From Candidatus Campbellbacteria bacterium GW2011_OD1_34_28 (lineage in GTDB: Bacteria > Patescibacteriota > Minisyncoccia > Phycocordibacterales > UBA12079), in contig CP011215.1 of the NCBI GenBank assembly GCA_001029775.1, positions 123,187 to 187,186 on the forward strand: a stretch of DNA of 64,000 nt. Direction: 5' to 3'. The notes below the pieces were generated by a model. It did not search any database. It was not told the origin of the DNA and saw nothing but the letters and a program-made list of their open reading frames with translations. Made by a program: the position numbers and the translations under genes. Shown one piece after another: positions 38,963 to 47,990 of the stretch (position 1 is the stretch's first letter; every line of letters starts with the position of its first letter).

Positions 38963-41791
38963 TTAAAATTCAATAATTTTTGATCCACAATCCAAAGGAC
39001 AATTCAAGAAATTCTCGTTTGAATTACATGCATTGTCTCCACAGAAAGAATTTTCATTATCTATTGGTTCTCCACAATCTTGAGGACAAAGACTACCCTC
39101 TCCTTGTTCACAAACATTGTTTTCACATTCTGGCTCACAATCTTGCGGACAATTATTAGCATTTTCCCCAGATCCACAAATATAATCTGTTCCACATCCT
39201 TCTGGACAATTTTCAGAACATCCAAGACGACAATCTGTTCCACAATCTCCAGCATTTTCAGTCATACAATTATTACTACATCCATCTCCACTGTTTGTGT
39301 TTCCGTCATCACACTGTTCTTGTCCTTCCTTTACCCCATTTCCACAGACAGCATTTCCTGCTCCTCCTTCAATAGCACAAACACTGCTACATCCGTCCCC
39401 ACTATTTGTGTTTCCATCATCACATTCTTCACCTGTATTTAATGTTCCGTTTCCACAATTTACGCTGACATTTGTCCTAATTGCCGAACAACTCGCGATT
39501 GTTCCCCCATTTCCCGCACATCTCCAATTTGCTGTTTGGCCGGGCAAAGGAAAGGCTGGTGCTGTAAATACCGTTTCCAAAGAATTAGATCCTGTTGAAT
39601 TTATAGGAGTTCCAACCTTACACCACGCACTGCCTGAAGGCCAAGTAGTTTCTGTTGCCAAATAAGTTCCTTTTCTCTGAGCATTTCTTATTCCACAGTC
39701 GCCGTTGGTTACGATAGGTACACTAGGTACATTAGCTCTAGTTGCAGAACAAGTATCTCCCAATCCGGTTCCCTGAGGAATTGGCAAACAACTCCACCAA
39801 ACTGTCTGTCCTGGGTTTGGGAAACTTGTCGGAGTTCCTGAAGGAGTCCCCAATTTACACCAAGCACTGCCAGATGGCCAAGCGGTTTCTGTTGCCAAAT
39901 AATTTCCTTCTCTCTGAGCATTTCTTGCTCCGCAATCCCCGGGCAAGTTACAACTTACTGAACGACTAAGTGTTCCTATCAAAACGTCTATTAGACACAT
40001 CGATCCATTTGCGACAGGTAATCCCTGACACATATCTCCGATTCCAGGTCTTGGACAACAGTGACATCCGTTTTGGGTAAATTTTGCTGTTGCAGAAATA
40101 ACAGTCGGACTAGTTGAGATTGTTTTTACAACTCTGTGTACTCTGGTTGGATTTGCTTCATGTCCATAATCAATAATACTGATACCACCAGCATTGTCAG
40201 TTATCTTTGCTTGCAAACCATTTACACAAGCCCCACAAACCACTCTTAGCGTAACATCCATTATTGCAGTTCCTCCACAAGTCGGAGTAACAGGTTCTCT
40301 AGACACCCAAAATGTTGTTGTGGGAATACCTCCTCCACACATACAAAGAGCTTCTGTCTTTTGATAATCACCAAAGAACAAAATTCCAGGAAGAAATACG
40401 ATCATAATCATCACTGCTAAATCAATTTTCCCTTTTCTTTTTAAATAAACAAAAATTCCTATCAAGACAATTAACAATCCAATCAATATATACATGTCAT
40501 AACTTTTTACTCCATACTTTTTGAAATATTTGATATCCATACTGTAACTATCCAAAACATCCCCTGTCTTTGTATCTTTGATCACCAGATTCATTTCTTT
40601 TAATTTTGTTCTTTGAGAAACAGCGTCATCAAAAATAATTTTTCCTCCATATTCATCCAAAGAAACTTCTTTTGAAAAAGTTTGATCAAATCCCCAACTT
40701 CCAGTCAAATGCAATTCTGCCGTAACAGAATTTCCCTTTCCGTTGATTGAAACAACCTCAGCAGAAATTTCTAGCTTTTCACCATTCTTGTAATAATTTC
40801 TTCCTGAATCAACACTCATAATACGAGCAATCAACTGACCATATTCAACCAACCATCTCAAATTTCTTGTAAACAAATATTCATCTTCATCATTAATCAA
40901 AGAAAATTTTATTTCAAAAGGACCTCCTTTTTTCAAAACCTCATTGCCAGCAGTATCAATTTCTACAAAAAGAGAATCTTGCCCATCAACAACCTTTCTT
41001 GAAAGATCACCTTTTGAAGAAACAATCAGTTTCTTTTCCCCCAAAGTGTCATATATATCCATTTCGTATTTCATCACCTTTGAAGATTTTACATAAGCAT
41101 CCACTCCAGCATTTTCACCTAATGGAATCAAAATAAGAGGTTTGTCTTCTGGTGTAGTAGAAAGTCCCACCATAGGTGCTGTTTTTCCATAAGTGGTTGT
41201 ATAGAAATACATTTTTATTCCGGAAAGTCTTCCTCCTGTTCCGTCTAGTAGAATAGGTTCTTCTATGAAATCAACATTTTGAAATTTTAAATTTTTGTCA
41301 TTAACAAAAACTTGAACAAAATAATTTCCTGTCTCAATATTTTTAGGAACATCAATAGACAAGATTTTTGTTTGAACGGCATTAGGAGCAAGTTTTCCCA
41401 AGTTTTTTACTTCTTGATATGTGTGTTCTGTCGTTGAAAAAATATATCCTTCTGTAGCCAATGCTTCTCCTCTTCTTATTTCAACTACATATTCCAGATC
41501 ATCCAAAAAATTGGCTGTATTATTTTTGATATCTGTTTGAACACTCAATTTTCTGTTCGCTTGATCAAAAGAAATATCTTTTATTTTCAATTCTACTTCG
41601 GGAATATAAGGAACTGTTTCCCCTGCATAGTTTACAGTAATACCTTCTACATCATCGCCAAAACTATTTTCTTCGGCGACTGCATCCACAACGGGAGAAT
41701 CTCCTTCCACAGCAAAAAGCTGTGTCCCAAAACTGACCATTCCTGAAAGGAAAATGGCCAACATCAAAAACTTAACAAATGTTGATTTCAT
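38963..41791 (-). CDS. Giant surface protein P2 (942 aa), a paralog of P1 with the same layout: signal peptide, N-terminal domain, TM pair (YILIGLLIVLIGIFVYL-KRKGKIDL-AVMIMIVFLPGILFFG), four-Cys repeats, Myxococcus-type cysteine-rich repeats (CGNG...GEECDDGNTNSGDGCS..C, twice), and the C-terminal module CGDNACNSNENFLNCPLDCGSKIIEF.
   Basis: Read from the ORF translation. The C-terminal 25 aa are nearly identical to those of P1. Confidence 0.7.
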   Translation of the reverse strand: MKSTFVKFLMLAIFLSGMVSFGTQLFAVEGDSPVVDAVAEENSFGDDVEGITVNYAGETVPYIPEVELKIKDISFDQANRKLSVQTDIKNNTANFLDDLEYVVEIRRGEALATEGYIFSTTEHTYQEVKNLGKLAPNAVQTKILSIDVPKNIETGNYFVQVFVNDKNLKFQNVDFIEEPILLDGTGGRLSGIKMYFYTTTYGKTAPMVGLSTTPEDKPLILIPLGENAGVDAYVKSSKVMKYEMDIYDTLGEKKLIVSSKGDLSRKVVDGQDSLFVEIDTAGNEVLKKGGPFEIKFSLINDEDEYLFTRNLRWLVEYGQLIARIMSVDSGRNYYKNGEKLEISAEVVSINGKGNSVTAELHLTGSWGFDQTFSKEVSLDEYGGKIIFDDAVSQRTKLKEMNLVIKDTKTGDVLDSYSMDIKYFKKYGVKSYDMYILIGLLIVLIGIFVYLKRKGKIDLAVMIMIVFLPGILFFGDYQKTEALCMCGGGIPTTTFWVSREPVTPTCGGTAIMDVTLRVVCGACVNGLQAKITDNAGGISIIDYGHEANPTRVHRVVKTISTSPTVISATAKFTQNGCHCCPRPGIGDMCQGLPVANGSMCLIDVLIGTLSRSVSCNLPGDCGARNAQREGNYLATETAWPSGSAWCKLGTPSGTPTSFPNPGQTVWWSCLPIPQGTGLGDTCSATRANVPSVPIVTNGDCGIRNAQRKGTYLATETTWPSGSAWCKVGTPINSTGSNSLETVFTAPAFPLPGQTANWRCAGNGGTIASCSAIRTNVSVNCGNGTLNTGEECDDGNTNSGDGCSSVCAIEGGAGNAVCGNGVKEGQEQCDDGNTNSGDGCSNNCMTENAGDCGTDCRLGCSENCPEGCGTDYICGSGENANNCPQDCEPECENNVCEQGEGSLCPQDCGEPIDNENSFCGDNACNSNENFLNCPLDCGSKIIEF

Positions 41792-42021
41792 AATTTTTAC
41801 TTATAAATAAAATAAACCTAATAATATATCTTTAATTGTATACCACTGACCACATAAATAAAGGTACAATGTGGATATCGCTATCAAAAAAGACTTGTCG
41901 TTTCAAGAAATAATCAAATAGACCTATACCTTGCTTTAAAATAAATACCGTGATATTATTTTTTATGTTAGAGATAAGTTCGCCGAATAGGCGGACTCGT
42001 TTTTTTAAAAAATTAATAATA

Positions 42022-42120
42022 GCGTATAGGGTTTAGCGTTTAGGGTTTAGTAAAGACAAATTTTGCCGAAGGCAAAATTTGTTCTCCTATACGCTGTACC
42101 CTATACCCTATACCCTAAAC
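42022..42120. repeat. Long palindromic element directly upstream of nusA, with central hairpin caaattttgcc-gaa-ggcaaaatttg (42057-42081).
   Basis: Outer arms gcgtatagggtttagcgtttagggtttag / ctataccctataccctaaac are inverted. Related copies at 46707-46812 and 51190-51290. Confidence 0.65.
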
Positions 42121-42122
42121 AT

Positions 42123-43379
42123 ATGTTAGACCTAAAAACAATAAACGCTGTTCTAGACGAACTGGAACAAGAAAAAGGAATTCCTAGAGAAAAAATCATC
42201 GAAGCAATCGAGATGGCTTTGGCGAGCGCCTACAAAAAAGAATATGGCAAAAAAGGCCAAATAATCCGCGCAAAATCTGATCTAAACTCTGGAAAGACAG
42301 AATTTTCACAAGTAAAAATCGTTGTGGACGAATCAATGCTTAAACCAGAAATTGAAGAAGGCGAAGAAGAGGAAATAGTAGAAGAAACAGAAGGAGAAGA
42401 CACAAAAGTAAGATTTAATCCTGAACAGCACATAATGATAGAAGATGCCCAAAGAATCAAAAAAGGTGTTGCTTTGAATGACGAAATCATTTTCCCATTG
42501 GAAGAAAAAGATGATTTTGGAAGAATTGCCGCTCAAACAGCAAAGCAAACAATCATCCAAAAGATCAGAGAAGCTGAAAAATCTTCTGTTTTCAAAGAAT
42601 TTGGTTCAAAAGAAGGTGATATCATCAGCGGAACAGTACAAAGAATTGAAAGAGGTAATATTTTCGTTGATTTGGGTAGAGCAACAGGCATATTGCCTTA
42701 TGAAGAACAAATCAGAAGCGAAAGATACAAACAAGGTGAAAGAGTTCGTGCTTACCTATATTCAGTAGAAGAAAGTCCAAAAGGCGTATTCTTGAAACTG
42801 TCTCGTACTCATCCTCAATTTCTTTACAAATTGTTTGAAGTAGAAGCTCCAGAAATTGCTAGCGGAATTGTAGAAATCAAAGGAATTGTAAGAGAATCGG
42901 GATCTCGTTCAAAAGTGGCTGCTTATTCAAACGATGAACACATTGATCCAATTGGTTCTCTTGTAGGACAAAGAGGTGTCAGAGTTTCTACGATTATGAG
43001 CGAACTAGGAGGAGAAAAAATAGATATCATAGAGTGGTCAGAAGATCCTCAAAAATACATAGAAGACGCTTTGTCTCCTGCAAAAATAATGAGTATCATA
43101 CTAAACGAAGACGAAAAAACTGCGACAGTTGAAGTATCCGAAGATCAACAATCATTGGCAATCGGAAAAGGTGGACAAAATGTAAGATTGGCTGCCAAAT
43201 TGACTGGTTGGAAAATTGACATCAAAGGTGTTGGTGGAGTAGATTTGGAAAAAAGAGAAAGAAAACAACCAGAAGAAACAAAAAAGGTTGAAGAAACTCC
43301 AAAATCAGAAGACATCGAAACAACAAACACAGAAAAAGTTGCGGAAACAACACAAGAAATAGAAAAAACTGAAGAATAA
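42123..43379 (+). CDS. nusA: Transcription termination/antitermination factor NusA.
   Basis: N-terminal domain (LDELEQEKGIPREKIIEAIEMALASAYKK), S1 (GDIISGTVQRIERGNIFVDLG), KH domains (GSLVGQRGVRVS; LAIGKGGQNVRLAAKLTGWKIDI), and an acidic tail. The start is trimmed to MLDLK; the ORF-track extension reads through the palindromic element. Confidence 0.85.
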   Translation: MLDLKTINAVLDELEQEKGIPREKIIEAIEMALASAYKKEYGKKGQIIRAKSDLNSGKTEFSQVKIVVDESMLKPEIEEGEEEEIVEETEGEDTKVRFNPEQHIMIEDAQRIKKGVALNDEIIFPLEEKDDFGRIAAQTAKQTIIQKIREAEKSSVFKEFGSKEGDIISGTVQRIERGNIFVDLGRATGILPYEEQIRSERYKQGERVRAYLYSVEESPKGVFLKLSRTHPQFLYKLFEVEAPEIASGIVEIKGIVRESGSRSKVAAYSNDEHIDPIGSLVGQRGVRVSTIMSELGGEKIDIIEWSEDPQKYIEDALSPAKIMSIILNEDEKTATVEVSEDQQSLAIGKGGQNVRLAAKLTGWKIDIKGVGGVDLEKRERKQPEETKKVEETPKSEDIETTNTEKVAETTQEIEKTEE

Positions 43380-43382
43380 ACA

Positions 43383-43418
43383 AAAACCACGCAAGCCTCA
43401 AACTTGCGTGGTTTTTGT
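43383..43418 (+). terminator. Rho-independent terminator of nusA (aaaaaccacgcaagc-ctcaaa-cttgcgtggttttt).
   Basis: GC-rich 10-bp stem followed by a T-run. Confidence 0.6.
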
Positions 43419-43711
43419 TTATCTACCTCTTCTGAAACTACTTTTTTAAATAATCTCGGAAGAAGTTCGGTTGGTTTCCATTTACCAACCGAACAAATTT
43501 TTTATTTTTTGAAATTTCTTCACGACCATCTGCCGTTGAGACAGGGGGCAGTTGACCAAACGAGGGCGGAACGAGTGTTCCAATGTTCGATCAGATAGGG
43601 GCCGTTTCAATTTCTATCCTTTTACAAGGATACCATAATATAACACTCCTGTCAAGCCTTAAAACTCCATTTAAAAAAGGCGGAACCGCAGTTCCGCCTT
43701 TTTCTCTCGTA

Positions 43712-44593
43712 TTATTTTCTATTTTTGCCAGCCGAGAGTATCACCGGCATATAGTAACTTATGTTTTTTCGTGCATCCTTGGTGGCTGCACACTGGGCTG
43801 TTGTTCCGTCGCTTTGAATGCAAACCCAGGAGACACTTTTCCCTGGTTCGGGAAACGGTGGTGTTTCTTCGGACGAACCGAATTTGCACCAAACACTGTC
43901 CGACGACCACTCCGTCTCGTGTGTGGCATAGGAAGTCGCCCGATCCCCACATTCAGCGGGTGGAGTGTAAATTTTAACAGTCGGATCTCCTCCAAGCTGT
44001 GCACATCCCGTGTCAACACACTCGGGAAACATCAGCCCAGCATTGTTGAATGCATCCCCCACCATATTCCCATTACCAAGTCCGTTAAGAATCTCGGTTA
44101 TAAAAGGAAGTGAGTGATTCAAACAATCAAGACATGTCGGAGATGCCAAATCGACAAAACCGACTATCGCCTTTGCTGTAGAAGCAAATGTCCCCGGACC
44201 TTCGGCGTTCATGGTAGTACAACCATAAGCAATAAGAAGGTCAGACGGAGGAAGAGCCGTTGCCGGAATCCATGTCGTATCGCAGGTCGTCTTGAAATCA
44301 TCAGGCCCAGCACTATGCCCAGCGTTAAAAACAAACGACGCACCGCCCTCAGGGACGGAAGACAAAATGGTCTGCTCATCCGGACCGACAAGGACCGTCT
44401 TGGGCGAACCAATTTTGTCTGCAAAAAGTTCCGCTTCCTGTTTGAAAGGCCACCACAACTCCGAACATTCGGATGTGTTGGGATCAAGAGCAACTGCAGA
44501 TATGATATAGCTGTTTCCAACTACTTCCCCAGACACTGCGACCCCATAAGAGAGGGTCAGAAAAATGAAAAACAACAATCCTATTTTTTTCAC
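43712..44593 (-). CDS. Secreted protein P3 (293 aa) with an N-terminal domain containing NAGHSAG and YGCTT motifs and one C-terminal copy of the four-Cys repeat (ECGDRATSYATHETEWSSDSVWCKFGSSEETPPFPEPGKSVSWVC...C); noticeably GC-rich.
   Basis: Signal peptide MKKIGLLFFIFLTLSYGVAVSG. Repeat identity to P1/P2. Several shadow ORFs in other frames over this region are by-products of the high GC. Confidence 0.6.
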   Translation of the reverse strand: MKKIGLLFFIFLTLSYGVAVSGEVVGNSYIISAVALDPNTSECSELWWPFKQEAELFADKIGSPKTVLVGPDEQTILSSVPEGGASFVFNAGHSAGPDDFKTTCDTTWIPATALPPSDLLIAYGCTTMNAEGPGTFASTAKAIVGFVDLASPTCLDCLNHSLPFITEILNGLGNGNMVGDAFNNAGLMFPECVDTGCAQLGGDPTVKIYTPPAECGDRATSYATHETEWSSDSVWCKFGSSEETPPFPEPGKSVSWVCIQSDGTTAQCAATKDARKNISYYMPVILSAGKNRK

Positions 44594-44849
44594 GAGACAC
44601 CTCCCTTTCTTTTTGTTTTTTGTGTATATTTCGTGTAGAAAGACTTAAACCTATAAGTCCTTACAAACCTATAAATAATAGTGTCACAAATTCTTAAAAA
44701 AATCAAGGTGTGTGGATAAATTGCTTGTATTTATATTTTTATCAACAAATAATACTTTGTACAATATTCCTGTTTCCTTGTATAATTAAAGTAATGCGAA
44801 AAAATCGTTATCTTTTCGTGTTAATTTATTTAACTTATATAAAAATATT

Positions 44850-45578
44850 ATGAAAAAAATTATTACTTCCCTATTGGTTATGGCATTTGTTATGTCACTA
44901 GGGATTACAGCCTCAGCAGATGAAAATGCAACATCAACAGCAACCTCAACTATCAAAAACCAAGTAAGAAAAGAGGTTGAAAAAAGAAATACAATCAGAG
45001 AAACTTATCAACAAAAATTAAACGAACTGAAAGACAGGTATAAAGAAAACAAAGATCAACTGAAATCTACAACAACAAACGCCTCAACAACAGCAAGAGA
45101 TCTTAACAAACAAAAACAAGAAGAAAAGAGAAATCTTATTCAACAAAGACTGACTGCCCAAATAAAAGAAAGAGTGCAAGCTCAAAACGAAAAAATAGTG
45201 GCTCGTTTTGAAAATGTTATTGAAAAACTTGGTGAAATAAAAACAAAAATTGCTGAAAGAATTACAGCAATGGAAGCAAGAGGAATCGATATGACAAATT
45301 CAAAAGAGCTTTTGAATTTAGTTCAACCAAAGATCGATGCAGCTAAAACAGCCATTCAAAATATGACAACCGAACTAACAACAATCTTGAATTCTGAAAA
45401 TCCGAAAGAATCTTATGAAAAAGCAAGAGAATTAGCAAATTCAGCAAAGACAGCAATTCAAGAAGCACACAAGAGTTTGGTTGATGTTATTACATCAATA
45501 AAAGCGTCTGTTAAGATAGTTCCTTCAGCAGAAACGGCGACAACGACCCCAACAGCAACAACAACAGACACTCAGTAA
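44850..45578 (+). CDS. Secreted alpha-helical (coiled-coil-like) protein, Thr/Ala-rich at both ends.
   Basis: Signal peptide MKKIITSLLVMAFVMSLGITASA followed by long heptad-like helices. Confidence 0.5.
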   Translation: MKKIITSLLVMAFVMSLGITASADENATSTATSTIKNQVRKEVEKRNTIRETYQQKLNELKDRYKENKDQLKSTTTNASTTARDLNKQKQEEKRNLIQQRLTAQIKERVQAQNEKIVARFENVIEKLGEIKTKIAERITAMEARGIDMTNSKELLNLVQPKIDAAKTAIQNMTTELTTILNSENPKESYEKARELANSAKTAIQEAHKSLVDVITSIKASVKIVPSAETATTTPTATTTDTQ

Positions 45579-45664
45579 GAAAGACCATTTAAAACTAAAT
45601 ATTTGAATAAAATCAAATAGTAGTATAAAATGCATTATTAATTAACAATTTAATTTAAAATAGT

Positions 45665-45949
45665 ATGGAAGATACAATGAATCAAGGATCAAATCCTGAA
45701 TCAAATATGGGTGACAACCAAAAGTCAACAGGTTCAATCGTAGGGATAATAATCGTTGTTATTATTCTTGTGTTAGGAGGTTTTTACTTCTGGGGAGAAA
45801 AGTTGGATAAAAACGGAGACGACACAACAAACACAGAAGAAACAGCTACAACAACAGAAGAAACAGCTGATATAGAAGCTGATCTAGGCGCAGTAGATAC
45901 AAATCTAGATGCTGATCTAGAAGGTGTTGCAGACGCATTGACTCAATAA
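45665..45949 (+). CDS. Small membrane protein with an acidic Thr/Asp/Glu-rich tail.
   Basis: 94 aa with a single TM (IVGIIIVVIILVLGGFYFW); terminator downstream (aaaaagccgtctgtttcccgcgaggggtagacggctttt). Confidence 0.45.
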   Translation: MEDTMNQGSNPESNMGDNQKSTGSIVGIIIVVIILVLGGFYFWGEKLDKNGDDTTNTEETATTTEETADIEADLGAVDTNLDADLEGVADALTQ

Positions 45950-46052
45950 TAATTTTGAGAAATCAATAAACAAAAAATTGCCCGTTCGGGCAATTTTTTT
46001 GTTTTAAAAAAGCCGTCTGTTTCCCGCGAGGGGTAGACGGCTTTTAACATTT

Positions 46053-46535
46053 TCAAACAGCAGGCTTGTGGTCCTGAACCCAAAGGACAGTCGCCAAGCC
46101 GGCGATGTTGATGTCGTATTCACCAGCAAAATAACGAAACCGCTGATTAATACTGATATGAAATCCTGCAAAAACAATAATAAAAGAACTTGCAAAAATA
46201 AAAAGCTGATCAAATCCATACAAGATCCCCGAAACAGCCAAGAGAAAAAACAGAGTATAAGCTGGTTCTAAAAAACCCAATTTCCAGAATTTCCAATCCG
46301 AGACGGAAACCAGAAAGAAGAGAAAAACAGAAACAAAAACCGAAGATATTATAACGACAGAAGCAAGTGAATTAATTAAAAATCCTTCTCCTATCATTTG
46401 GAATCCACACCAGGTGTTACTGACACTGACAAAAAGAACCAGTGCAAACATCATACCCATCCACAGAGAAGACCCCGCTTCAAAAAAACTTTTCTGCTCA
46501 ATTGTTCTCTTCATCAAATTCTCCTTTTTAGTCAA
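46053..46535 (-). CDS. Hypothetical polytopic membrane protein.
   Basis: 4-5 TM segments; the start may be the internal MKRTIEQ. Confidence 0.45.
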   Translation of the reverse strand: MTKKENLMKRTIEQKSFFEAGSSLWMGMMFALVLFVSVSNTWCGFQMIGEGFLINSLASVVIISSVFVSVFLFFLVSVSDWKFWKLGFLEPAYTLFFLLAVSGILYGFDQLFIFASSFIIVFAGFHISINQRFRYFAGEYDINIAGLATVLWVQDHKPAV

Positions 46536-46706
46536 TGGTTTATTTCAAGTAAAAATCTAAATTGAATATAACAAAACAAAATACATTCCGTCAAGCAAGT
46601 ATGCTAAAACACGACTTACTCCTTACTCCTTACTACTAGTTACTCGTGTGTTGGACTTTTCCTCATATTTTTTATAGTATTAGAATCTAATTAAAAAAAT
46701 AACAAA

Positions 46707-46812
46707 GCGTATAGCGATTAGCGTTTAGGGGATAGGTTATGAACGAATTTTGGCTCTGCCAAAATTCGTTTGTCGCATATCTACACCCTACACCCTATAC
46801 CCTATACCCTAC
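46707..46812. repeat. Long palindromic element directly upstream of tig, with central hairpin cgaattttggc-tct-gccaaaattcg (46744-46768).
   Basis: The stem differs from the nusA and ppaC copies by a gcc/ggc to ggc/gcc swap (compensatory). Outer arms gcgtatagcgattagcgtttagggg / caccctacaccctataccctataccctac. Confidence 0.65.
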
Positions 46813-46818
46813 AAAAAG

Positions 46819-47865
46819 ATGATTAAATTTGATGTAAAAGTTGAAAAACTAAAAAATTCCGAGGTTGAAATAACAGGATCTATTCCTTTTGAAGAATTGG
46901 AAAAATTTAGAAAAGAAGCGGTAGAAAAGGCAGGAGCAGGAATAAAGATAGACGGCTTTAGAGAAGGAAAAATCCCTGAGAAAATTTTGATTGAAAAAAT
47001 TGGTGAAATGGCAATCTTAAATGAAATGGCAGAAATAACATTTGGTTATGCTTATGTGGATATTTTATTGATGAACAAAATTGATGCAATCACATCCCCT
47101 CAGGTAACAATAACAAAATTGGCAAAAGATAATCCTTTTGAATTTAAAGTAAAAGTAGCCGTAATGCCAAAATTTGAATTGGCAGATTACAAAAAAATCG
47201 CCAAAAAAGAAATGGAAAAAAAGACCGATTCAACCGACGCGACAGAAGAAGAGCTGGATAAAACTATCGAGCAAATTCAAAAATCTCAAAAACATATCAA
47301 AGAAGACGGAGCAGAAGTAACCGAGAAAGATTTGGAAAAAGATTTGCCTGAATTAAATGACGAATTTGTAAAAAAACTTGGCGATTTTAAAGACGTGGAG
47401 GATTTCAAAAACAAACTCAAAGAAAATATTAAGCACGAAAAAGAACACAAACAAAAAGAAAGTAGAAGATTGGCTATTTTGGAAAATATTATAAAAGAAA
47501 CCGAGATAGACTTGCCAGAAATATTGGTTGATTCAGAGTTGCGAAAAATGATTGCAGAAATGAGAGACAGCATCGGCAGAATGGGACTCAATTTTGAAAA
47601 ATATTTGGAACAAATAAAAAAGACAGAGGATGATTTGAGAAAAGAATGGCGAGCTGACGCAGAAAACAGAGTAAAGGGCCAATTGGTTCTAAACCAAATT
47701 TCATTGGATGAAAAAATTCTGCCAGACGAAACACAAGTAAAGAAAAATGTAGATATGCTGATGTCTCAATATAAAAATGCAAAAAGAGAAAATGTGGAAG
47801 TTTATGTAAGTATGATGATTACGAATGACGAGGTGTTTAAACTTCTTGAATCTCAAAAAGTTTAA
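46819..47865 (+). CDS. tig: Trigger factor (short form).
   Basis: N-terminal ribosome-binding domain (MIKFDVKVEKLKNSEVEITGSIP...GFREGKIP) and a C-terminal helical arm domain; 348 aa. The start is trimmed out of the palindromic element. Confidence 0.75.
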   Translation: MIKFDVKVEKLKNSEVEITGSIPFEELEKFRKEAVEKAGAGIKIDGFREGKIPEKILIEKIGEMAILNEMAEITFGYAYVDILLMNKIDAITSPQVTITKLAKDNPFEFKVKVAVMPKFELADYKKIAKKEMEKKTDSTDATEEELDKTIEQIQKSQKHIKEDGAEVTEKDLEKDLPELNDEFVKKLGDFKDVEDFKNKLKENIKHEKEHKQKESRRLAILENIIKETEIDLPEILVDSELRKMIAEMRDSIGRMGLNFEKYLEQIKKTEDDLRKEWRADAENRVKGQLVLNQISLDEKILPDETQVKKNVDMLMSQYKNAKRENVEVYVSMMITNDEVFKLLESQKV

Positions 47866-47990
47866 ACACGGAGAAAGGAGAGAGGGGTAAGGAGTAAGAA
47901 AATAAAAATTTAAAAAAGCTGATAGCCGATAGCAAAAAAGAAAACCCGCAAAAAACTTGCGGGTTTTTGCGGGTTGCCGGACTGCTATTG

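Noticed and set aside
42063-42122. N-terminal extensions of NusA, trigger factor and the pyrophosphatase shown in the ORF track (MPKAKFVLLYAVPYTLYPKH..., MALPKFVCRISTPYTLYPIPYKK..., MLRFLYSLLTGLLRLTTRKDEFCLWQ...)
   Set aside because: They are translations of the long palindromic elements; conserved N-termini of these proteins start at the internal Met in each case.
43719-44638. Several overlapping ORFs in other frames across the P3 gene (43719-43952 -, 43759-44019 -, 43771-43977 +, 44114-44638 +, 44209-44520 -, 44292-44510 +) and 43583-44113 +
   Set aside because: All lie inside or antisense to the well-supported secreted-protein gene in a locally GC-rich stretch where stop codons are rare. 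Their translations are low-complexity, Arg/Cys-rich, and lack starts with an RBS.
47286-47782. Minus-strand ORFs inside tig (47286-47591, 47588-47782)
   Set aside because: Antisense to trigger factor; Ser/Phe/Leu-rich AT-frame artefacts.
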